NCBI GenBank assembly: GCA_963828735.1
Contig: CAWHFW010000003.1
Coordinates: forward strand, 96,001-160,000
Source of the DNA: an uncultured Gemmatimonadales bacterium
GTDB lineage: Bacteria > Gemmatimonadota > Gemmatimonadetes > Gemmatimonadales > GWC2-71-9
Direction of reading: 5' to 3'
DNA length: 64,000 nt
A model generated the notes under the pieces. The model saw nothing but the letters and a program-made list of their open reading frames with translations. It made no database searches and had not been told where the DNA came from. Made by a program: the position numbers and the translations under genes. Numbering within the stretch: the first letter of the stretch is position 1; each line of letters opens with the position of its first letter. Below are positions 50,052 through 57,490 of the stretch, piece after piece.

Positions 50052-50493
50052 GACCGCACGAGACCGGGCCGGACGCGGATGGCGCCCGGCCCGGCGGCGG
50101 CTCGTTCGTCGAGCTAGTGCGCCTGCTTGTTGTTGTGGTCGTTGTCATTCATGGTCGGAATCCCTCTTGGCATAGGTGGTGTCCTGGCCCGGCGCCGCCG
50201 GGCTCGCGCGGCCGGTCTCACCGGGCCGGAGACGCGCGACGGACGTCCCCACCCATTCCACGATCCATGCCATGGCCGGCGCCAGTCCGCCGCGAGTGCT
50301 CAAGCGGTTCGGGCAGTGCCGCTTGCGATCCCGGGGCTCGGCGGGGCGACGCCGTCGGGCAGGCCTGTCCGACGACAAGTTTGTCGGTTCGTCGCGCCGG
50401 CGACGACGCGAATGTCGTCGCTGGTGTTCGTTCGCGCGCCGTCTCAGATTACCTGTTGTCTCGAAGCCCGGTCCCCGCTCATCAGGAGCTCAA

Positions 50494-51108
50494 ATGGAAG
50501 CCGCCAGCGACGAACCCGGCATCTCCCGCGCTCTGATCGCGCTCCGCTCGCTGCTCATCCCCGGCGAAGAGCTCGAGACCCACGCGATTCAGCGCCGCCT
50601 GTTCGCCCTCACTCATCGCCGCACCATCGTCGGTGCCACGTCCGGTCGCCTGATCGTGGTGGCCCGCGGTCTCTTCGGCGACTACACCCCGCAGGACGTC
50701 CGGTGGCAGGACCTGCAGGACGCTCAGCTGCGGGTTGGCGTGTTCGGTGCGACGCTGTCGGCGAGCGTGCATGGCACGGCGGATCTCGCCTCTGCGGAGG
50801 GTCCGCGACGCGTAGTGCGCGTCGACGGCCTCCGGAAGGAGGAGGCGCAGCAGGTCTATCGGGCCTGCCAGTCGCAGGAACAGGCCTGGCGCGAGAAGCG
50901 CCGCGTGCGCGAGTTGGAAGAGCTCCGCGCCAAGTCGGGTGGCATCAATCTCGCCGGCGGCATGGGCACGGCCCCCGCGTCGGCCGGCGACGACGGCTCA
51001 CAGGCGCTCGCCGGGCGCCTCCAGCGGGCCAGGGAAATGCTGCAGCAGGGCCTCCTCACCGACGCCGAGTTCGAGCAGGTGAAGGCGCGGATTCTCTCCG
51101 AGCTGTAG
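50494..51108 (+). CDS. Bacterial PH-like domain + C-terminal SHOCT protein
   Basis: AGGAG RBS; L.PGEE...AT..RLIV PH-like start; tail LQRAREMLQQGLLTDAEFEQVKARIL (SHOCT). Confidence 0.8.
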   Translation: MEAASDEPGISRALIALRSLLIPGEELETHAIQRRLFALTHRRTIVGATSGRLIVVARGLFGDYTPQDVRWQDLQDAQLRVGVFGATLSASVHGTADLASAEGPRRVVRVDGLRKEEAQQVYRACQSQEQAWREKRRVRELEELRAKSGGINLAGGMGTAPASAGDDGSQALAGRLQRAREMLQQGLLTDAEFEQVKARILSEL

Positions 51109-51110
51109 CG

Positions 51111-52670
51111 CTGACGCTCGCCGAGCTGGTCGAGGCCTCCCGCGCGGTCGCCGCCACGCGCGCGCGACGCGAGAAGATCGCCCGCCTCGCCGCCGTGCTC
51201 GCGTCCGCGCCACCCAACGAGGTGGCTCTCGCCACGTCGTACCTCTGCGGCATCGTTCCCCAGGACAAGCTCGGCGTCGGATGGGCCGGACTTCAGGCCG
51301 CGGCCGCCGCCACGCCGGTACCGGCCGAGCGGTCGGACGCGCCGGAGCCCGTCGTCCTCGGCGAGCTGGACGCCGCCTTCGGGCGAATCGCCGGGACGAC
51401 GGGCAAAGGATCCGCCGAGGCCAAGCAGCGGATCCTCCGCGAGCTGCTCGCGCAGCTCGGCGAAGAAGAACGGCGTTTCCTGTTCGGGCTCGTCACCGGC
51501 GAGCTTCGCCAGGGCGCGCTCGAAGGAATCGTGATTGAAGCCGTCGCCCGGGCCGCCGACCTGCCCGCCGACGATGTTCGCCGTGCAGCGATGCTGGCCG
51601 GCGACCTTCCGCGGGTTGCCCACGCGGCACTCACCGAAGGCGCGAGCGGATTGGCGGGATTTGCAGTGCAGCTCTTCCGGCCGGTGCTTCCGATGCTCGC
51701 CGGCACGGCCGAGACGGTGGAGGACGCGCTCGCCGAGGTGGGCGAGGCCGCGCTCGAGTGGAAGCTGGATGGCGCACGGGTCCAGATCCACAAGTCGGGT
51801 GACGAGGTTCGGGTGTATTCCCGCCTGCTCAACGAGGTGACACCCGCCGTACCCGAGCTGGTCGAGGTCGCGCGGGCGCTGGGGCCGAGAGAGTTGATCG
51901 TCGAAGGCGAAGCAATCGCGCTCCGCCCCGACGGGACGCCCCATCCCTTTCAGACGACGATGAGCCGCTTCGGCCGCCGGCTCGACGTGGTGGAGGCGCG
52001 GCGCACCACGCCGCTGACGCTGGCGCTGTTCGACATCCTCTATCTCGATGGCGCCTCGCTCATGGACGAGCCGCTCATCCGCAGGACGGACGCCCTCGCG
52101 GGTGCGGTACCCGAGGCGCTGCGCGTGCCGCGTCTCGTCACCAACGCACCCGAGCCGGCGCGGGCATTCCTCGAGCACGCGCTGGCGCGCGGCCATGAGG
52201 GGATCATGGTGAAGGCGCTGGACGCGCCCTACGAGGCCGGGCGTCGGGGCCGGCGGTGGCTCAAGGTGAAACCGGTGCGGACGCTGGATCTCGTCGTGCT
52301 GGCCGCCGAATGGGGCCACGGCCGCCGCCGCGGCTGGCTCAGCAATCTCCACCTCGGCGCGCGCGATCCCGAGCGGGGGGGCTTCGTGATGCTCGGCAAG
52401 ACCTTCAAGGGCATGACGGACGAGATGCTGGCGTGGCAGACCATGAAGCTCCAGGAGCTCGAGGTTTCCCGCGACGGCCACACCGTGCATGTGCGCCCCG
52501 AGCTGGTGGTGGAAGTGGCGTTCAACGACCTGCAGGCGAGTCCGCACTATCCGGGCGGCCTCGCCCTGCGGTTCGCGCGGGTCAAGGGCTACCGTCCGGA
52601 CAAGTCGGCCGCGGACGCCGACACGATCCAGACGCTCAGGGAGATCTGGCGGCGACAGTCCGGCTCCTGA
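51111..52670 (+). CDS. ligB: ATP-dependent DNA ligase with N-terminal DNA-binding domain (LigB/archaeal type); apparent CTG start
   Basis: ELRQGA.EG, PMLA, EWKLDGAR, FDILY, EGIMVK, WLKVK and ALRFARV motifs. Confidence 0.92.
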   Translation: MTLAELVEASRAVAATRARREKIARLAAVLASAPPNEVALATSYLCGIVPQDKLGVGWAGLQAAAAATPVPAERSDAPEPVVLGELDAAFGRIAGTTGKGSAEAKQRILRELLAQLGEEERRFLFGLVTGELRQGALEGIVIEAVARAADLPADDVRRAAMLAGDLPRVAHAALTEGASGLAGFAVQLFRPVLPMLAGTAETVEDALAEVGEAALEWKLDGARVQIHKSGDEVRVYSRLLNEVTPAVPELVEVARALGPRELIVEGEAIALRPDGTPHPFQTTMSRFGRRLDVVEARRTTPLTLALFDILYLDGASLMDEPLIRRTDALAGAVPEALRVPRLVTNAPEPARAFLEHALARGHEGIMVKALDAPYEAGRRGRRWLKVKPVRTLDLVVLAAEWGHGRRRGWLSNLHLGARDPERGGFVMLGKTFKGMTDEMLAWQTMKLQELEVSRDGHTVHVRPELVVEVAFNDLQASPHYPGGLALRFARVKGYRPDKSAADADTIQTLREIWRRQSGS

Positions 52671-52751
52671 GCACGCCTCTCGCGCATCGTTGGCGCGAGC
52701 GCTATCGTAGGGCCCTCGCATGTCATCGGCGATTTCCGACAAGGAGACAGC

Positions 52752-53633
52752 ATGGTCTTCCGAGCAAAGCATGGTTCGTTTCTGATTCTCGTGAGCGTAG
52801 CGACCGCGTGTCGAAGCGATCGACCCGCCCCGGACGCGGCCGGCTCGGCCCCACCCGCCGCTGCCGAGCCGGCGGCCGCCCCGTCGTCGCCGGAGCTGGT
52901 TCACGTCAAGGCCACCGATTACAAGCTCGACCTGCCGGCGAAGATCACCGCCGGGGCCGTGACGATGCATCTCATGAACGAAGGCAAGGAGCTGCACCAC
53001 GCCATGGTCGTCCGGCTGGAGGACGGCAAGACCGTGGCCGACCTCGGCCAGGCGCTGAAGACCGAAGGACCGCCGCCCCCGTGGGTCAAGTTCGTCGGCG
53101 GCCCCAATGGCATCGTTCCGGGCGCCACGACGACGGCCACGATGGTCCTGACGCCCGGCAACTACGCCGTGATTTGCATGATTCCCGGTCAGGACGGGAT
53201 CCCGCACGCGGCGAAGGGTATGGTGCAGCCTTTCGAGGTCACCGCGTCGAGCGGCGCCGAAGCCGCTCTGCCGGCAGCGACGGACACGGTGCTGATGAAG
53301 GACTACGGGTTCGAGGGGCGGCCGCTCGCCGCCGGGAAGCACACCATCTACGTGGAGAACGGCGGACCGCAGGTCCACGAGCTGGTGCTCCTCAAGCTGG
53401 CGCCGGGCAAGACGGTGAAGGACTTCGGCAAGTGGGCCACCTCGGGCGGCATGAAGGGGCCGCCGCCTGCCCTCCCGATCGGGGGCATCGGCCCACTGGA
53501 CCTGGGAGCGCACGCCGAGTTCGATGCCGACCTCGCCGCGGGCGAGTATGCCTTCATCTGCTTCGTACCGGACATGAAGGACGGCAAGCCGCATCTCGAG
53601 CACGGGATGACGCAGCAGTTCAGCGTGAAGTAG
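52752..53633 (+). CDS. Lipoprotein with two tandem cupredoxin-like domains
   Basis: Lipobox ATA-C; two repeats of H...C-x2-P-x5/6-H-x3-GM (ICMIPGQDGIPHAAKGM; ICFVPDMKDGKPHLEHGM). Confidence 0.8.
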   Translation: MVFRAKHGSFLILVSVATACRSDRPAPDAAGSAPPAAAEPAAAPSSPELVHVKATDYKLDLPAKITAGAVTMHLMNEGKELHHAMVVRLEDGKTVADLGQALKTEGPPPPWVKFVGGPNGIVPGATTTATMVLTPGNYAVICMIPGQDGIPHAAKGMVQPFEVTASSGAEAALPAATDTVLMKDYGFEGRPLAAGKHTIYVENGGPQVHELVLLKLAPGKTVKDFGKWATSGGMKGPPPALPIGGIGPLDLGAHAEFDADLAAGEYAFICFVPDMKDGKPHLEHGMTQQFSVK

Positions 53634-53675
53634 TAAGTTGGAGCCGTCCCCACCCCACCGATCCCGGAGGTTTTC

Positions 53676-54236
53676 ATGGTGTCGCTTGGCGCGCTCTGGC
53701 TTCCCGTGCTCCTCTCCGCCGTGTTGGTGTTCGTGACCAGCAGCATCATCCACATGGTGCTGCGCTATCACAGCAGCGACTACACCAGGCTCCCGAACGA
53801 AGATGTGGTCCGCGAGGCGATCCGCAGTGGAAATCCCGCGCCCAAGCAGTACATCATCCCGTACGCCATGGGTCCGAAGGATCTGGAGTCGCCGGAGATG
53901 AAGCGCAAGTTCGAGGAGGGGCCGGTGGGCGTGCTCAACATCAGGCCGTCGGGCGCGCCCGGCATGGGCAAGAACCTCGTCCAGTGGTTCGTGTTCGCGC
54001 TGGTCGTCTCGTTCTTCGTGGCGTACGTCGCATGCCACGCCCTGCCGTCCGGCGCCGAATACCTCCGGGTGTTCCAGCTGGTCGGGGCCGTCGCCTTTCT
54101 CGCCTACGCGGCCGGCCAGCTCCCGGCCGCGATATGGATGGGCAAGCCGTGGGCGATTGCGTGGAAGGAAGTATTCGACGGACTGCTCTACGGACTGGTG
54201 ACCGCGGGGAGTTTCGGGTGGCTCTGGCCGAGGTGA
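53676..54236 (+). CDS. Hypothetical multi-pass membrane protein
   Basis: GGAGG RBS; about 4 TM helices and a soluble loop (H.SDY..LPNED). Confidence 0.82.
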   Translation: MVSLGALWLPVLLSAVLVFVTSSIIHMVLRYHSSDYTRLPNEDVVREAIRSGNPAPKQYIIPYAMGPKDLESPEMKRKFEEGPVGVLNIRPSGAPGMGKNLVQWFVFALVVSFFVAYVACHALPSGAEYLRVFQLVGAVAFLAYAAGQLPAAIWMGKPWAIAWKEVFDGLLYGLVTAGSFGWLWPR

Positions 54237-54242
54237 CCTGCT

Positions 54243-54270
54243 AGCGGTGAGCGGTGAGCGGTGAGCGGTG
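54243..54270. repeat. Heptamer tandem repeat (AGCGGTG)x4
   Basis: Directly visible in the intergenic region. Confidence 0.95.
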
Positions 54271-54282
54271 AGGCTGCTCGAA

Positions 54283-54317
54283 ACGAAGGGGGCATGCACC
54301 TCGCATGCCCCCTTCGT
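54283..54317. terminator. Bidirectional terminator hairpin
   Basis: 15-bp perfect stem acgaagggggcatgc-acctc-gcatgcccccttcgt between convergent genes. Confidence 0.8.
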
Positions 54318-54344
54318 ATTATCTCCGACGAGGACACGCCGCGG

Positions 54345-55523
54345 TCAGACCACCATCAGGTCCGACTGGTACACCTGGGGCGTGATCTCGACTTCGCCCT
54401 CGCCCACGACCACGTTGACCTCGCTGCGCACGCCCGCCTCGCCGGGGAAGTAGACGCCGGGCTCGACCGAGAACCCGACGCCGGGAATGAGCAGGCGATC
54501 GTCGTGGGTCTCGGTGTTGTCGATCGGCGGGCCGAACCCGTGCAGCCCGTAGCGGTCGATCGAGTGGCCGGTGCGCGCGATCGTCCGGTCGGCGTAGCCG
54601 GCCGCGGTGATGACCTCCCGCGCCGCCGCGTCCGCCTCCGCGCCGCGAACGGCCGCGCCGCCGCGGACTCGCGAACGGATCAGATCCAGGGCGGCGTCCC
54701 GCGCCCGTCGCACCACGGACCACAGGTGGGCGTCGCGCTCCGATGGAGGGCCGATCGCCGCCATCCAGGTCTGATCCGCATAGATCCCTCCCGGCTCCGT
54801 CGCCCAGAGGTCCAGCAGCAGCATGGCCCCGCGCACGATGGGCGCGCTCTCCTCCGGCGTGGGGTCATAGTGCGCCCGCGCCGCATTGGGTCCCCAGCTC
54901 ACGCTCGGCCCGCTTTCCGTCACGAGACCGGCGCGGTCGAAGCGCTCGCGCACCCAGACGGCGAGCGCATGCTCGTTGAGCGGCTCCGCGGTCGCGGCAC
55001 GACTCCCGGCCAGCGCGAGCGCCTCCCGCGCGATTGCCGCGATCGCCTCCGCCGCCCGGCGGTGCGACGCGACGTCCGCCGCCGACCACACCGAGCAGTA
55101 TCGCGTCACCAGCTCGGCCGACGGCACCAGCGTCGCGCCGAGGCTGCGCAGCAGCTCGGCCACGCCGAGCGGCACACCGTCGAGATACGGGATGGCGCCG
55201 TCGGGGGACCAGTCGACCGCCAGCCGCTTGCCTCGCACGAGCGTCCCGAGCTCCGCCGCGAGCTGCTCGCGCGTCACCCAGACTCGCTTGGGCCACGACG
55301 AGGGCCAGGCCCGCCAGAGCTCGGCGTCCACCGCGTGCACCAGTGCGATCGGGAGACCCGTGGGCGGGATCAGCACGTAGACGCGCCGGGAGCCCACGAT
55401 CTCGGGGCCCAGCACGGCCGCGGCGATGGGATTGCGGCCGCGAAAGTCGAACAGGAGCCATCCGTCCACGCCGAACTGGGCAACGAGGGGCTGGAGACGG
55501 GCCAGGTCGGTCGGCGTGATCAT
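54345..55523 (-). CDS. M24 family metallopeptidase (Xaa-Pro aminopeptidase-like)
   Basis: LLDLWA...YADQT, RTGHSI, SVEPGVY and GVRSE metal-ligand motifs; ATG 55523 with GAGG RBS. Confidence 0.92.
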   Translation of the reverse strand: MITPTDLARLQPLVAQFGVDGWLLFDFRGRNPIAAAVLGPEIVGSRRVYVLIPPTGLPIALVHAVDAELWRAWPSSWPKRVWVTREQLAAELGTLVRGKRLAVDWSPDGAIPYLDGVPLGVAELLRSLGATLVPSAELVTRYCSVWSAADVASHRRAAEAIAAIAREALALAGSRAATAEPLNEHALAVWVRERFDRAGLVTESGPSVSWGPNAARAHYDPTPEESAPIVRGAMLLLDLWATEPGGIYADQTWMAAIGPPSERDAHLWSVVRRARDAALDLIRSRVRGGAAVRGAEADAAAREVITAAGYADRTIARTGHSIDRYGLHGFGPPIDNTETHDDRLLIPGVGFSVEPGVYFPGEAGVRSEVNVVVGEGEVEITPQVYQSDLMVV

Positions 55524-55537
55524 CGAGACCTCGGGCC

Positions 55538-57268
55538 TCAGCGCGCCCCGGTCGCGTGCGGCGCGTCGCCGGGGCGGTCCACCCAACGGGTGAACACGTA
55601 GTAGTTCTCGTCCACTCGAAACGCGTCCGGCGGGTCGAGTGCCAGAGTCGCCGTCTGCCATTGCTCCGTGGGCTTGAGCGTCATCGAGCTGTCCTTGGCC
55701 GCGTGCACGCGGATCGGCATGTCGAACCCGGGCACGACGTCCGCCCAGCGGTAGGTGAGCGTCGAGCCGTCGAGCCGGTACTCGAGCGTCGGCACCCTGG
55801 TGGTCGTGAGGTACTGCTGGAACACGTGGCGCAGGTCCACGCCCGAGTGCGCGCTCATGTACTCCTGGATCTGGCGCCCGGTCACGACCCGGTGCGCGAA
55901 GGTCGCGTTCACGCCGCGCAGCACCGCGCGCCACGTGCTGTCGTTCCCGACGACCTGGCGGATGGTGTGCAGCATGTTGCCGCCCTTGTAGTACATGTCG
56001 AGCGGCCCTTCCGCGTTCACGCCGAACGGCCCGACGATCGGCCGATCGTTCTTGATCAGCTTCCGCGTTCCCATGACGTAGGCCGCCCCCGCGGGTGTGC
56101 CATACAGGCACTCCGTGTAGAGCGACTCCGAGTAGTTCGCGAAGCTCTCGTGTACCCACATGTCTGCGATGTCGGCCGTCGTGATGCTGTTGCCCCACCA
56201 CTCGTGCGCGCTCTCGTGGATCACGATGAAGTCCCACGTGAGCCCCCAGCCCGTGCCCGAGAGATCGGTGCCATGGTAGCCGTTCTGGAAGCCATTCCCG
56301 TAGGCCACGGCGCTCTGGTGTTCCATGCCCAGGTGGGGGGCTTCGATGAGTCGGTAGCCGTCGCGATACCAGGGGTACGGCCCGAACCAGCTCTCGAAAC
56401 ACTTGAGCATCGGCTTCACGTCGTCCCACTGCCGGAGGGCATCCTCGCGGTGTACTTCCAGCGGTCGGAGGTCGAGCGTGAGCAGGCCGCCTTCGCCGGC
56501 GTAGGTGTCCGAGATCTGCGCGTAGCGCCCGATGTACGGCGCCACGTCGTAGTTGTTGATCGGGCTCGTGACGAACCATTCCCACGTGGCCCATCCGTCC
56601 GGCAGCTTCGTCATCCCGCGCAGGCGTCCGTTGGCCACCACCTGGAGCGAATCGGGGGCCGTGATGGCCACCCGCTGGCTGTCGGGCTCGTCCGCCTGCG
56701 TGTCCTTGGTAGGCCACCACACGCTCGCGCCCAGCCCCTGGCACGCGGTCGAGATCCAGGGACGGCCGTCGGGGTCACGCGCCCAGATGAGTCCGCCGTC
56801 CCATGGCGGCTTCACCGCCACGGTGGGACGGCCATGGTAGAAGACCGTGATGGTGCGCGTGGCTCCCTTGGCCTGCTTGCCAGCCATCGTCACGAAGAAG
56901 GCATTGCCGTCGCGCCGATACGTGAGGCGACGTCCGTCCTGAACCATGCTGTCGACCTCGAGCGGCGTCTGCAGGTCGATCTGCATTGCTCGCGAAGGGC
57001 CGGTCACGCGATACGTGATCCCATTCCACCCGCTGATGGTGCTGTCCGCCGGATTGATCCTGACGTGCAGATCGTAGAACACGACGTCCCACCAGGCACG
57101 CTCGGCCGTGATGCTCCCCCGCAACGTGTCGGCGCGGGTGTAGACGTGCTCCTGCTCCTGGGCGGAGACGGGCGACCCGGCCGCAGCAACGAGGAGCAGG
57201 GCGAACGGCATGAATCGGCGGAGTCGGTTCACTCGGGGAAAATCCTGGGTCGGGCGGTGAAAGTGCAT
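55538..57268 (-). CDS. M1 family aminopeptidase (secreted)
   Basis: GMEHQ, HESAHEWWGN...WVHESF and YYKG motifs; true start may be ~57211-57232. Confidence 0.93.
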   Translation of the reverse strand: MHFHRPTQDFPRVNRLRRFMPFALLLVAAAGSPVSAQEQEHVYTRADTLRGSITAERAWWDVVFYDLHVRINPADSTISGWNGITYRVTGPSRAMQIDLQTPLEVDSMVQDGRRLTYRRDGNAFFVTMAGKQAKGATRTITVFYHGRPTVAVKPPWDGGLIWARDPDGRPWISTACQGLGASVWWPTKDTQADEPDSQRVAITAPDSLQVVANGRLRGMTKLPDGWATWEWFVTSPINNYDVAPYIGRYAQISDTYAGEGGLLTLDLRPLEVHREDALRQWDDVKPMLKCFESWFGPYPWYRDGYRLIEAPHLGMEHQSAVAYGNGFQNGYHGTDLSGTGWGLTWDFIVIHESAHEWWGNSITTADIADMWVHESFANYSESLYTECLYGTPAGAAYVMGTRKLIKNDRPIVGPFGVNAEGPLDMYYKGGNMLHTIRQVVGNDSTWRAVLRGVNATFAHRVVTGRQIQEYMSAHSGVDLRHVFQQYLTTTRVPTLEYRLDGSTLTYRWADVVPGFDMPIRVHAAKDSSMTLKPTEQWQTATLALDPPDAFRVDENYYVFTRWVDRPGDAPHATGAR

Positions 57269-57490
57269 GGAGACGGGCGTGCGCGCCGTCGTATCCTACA
57301 TCAGCCGGCGGGGCCCCGGTAGCACGTCCTGCTCCTACGAACGCGGTGGCCGGCAGTTTCGGTCGTCGCCGCCTGCGAGCTGGCGGCCCGGAGCGAGACG
57401 ACTCAGGTCTGGCGCACGGATCGCGGCTCCGGCGCGACGAGCCCGCTTGCCGACCTCTTCCCCAGCCGACACATTTCGTCGCGAACGAAC

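Noticed and set aside
50127..51110. ~330-aa N-terminal extension of the ligase ORF
   Set aside because: Arg/Pro-rich off-frame reading over the PH-SHOCT gene; ligase similarity starts at ~51111.
54243..54270. CRISPR-like array
   Set aside because: 7-bp units without spacers and no cas genes.
50856..54299. 1147-aa minus-strand ORF
   Set aside because: Antisense shadow of well-supported plus-strand genes; no motifs; expected at this GC content.
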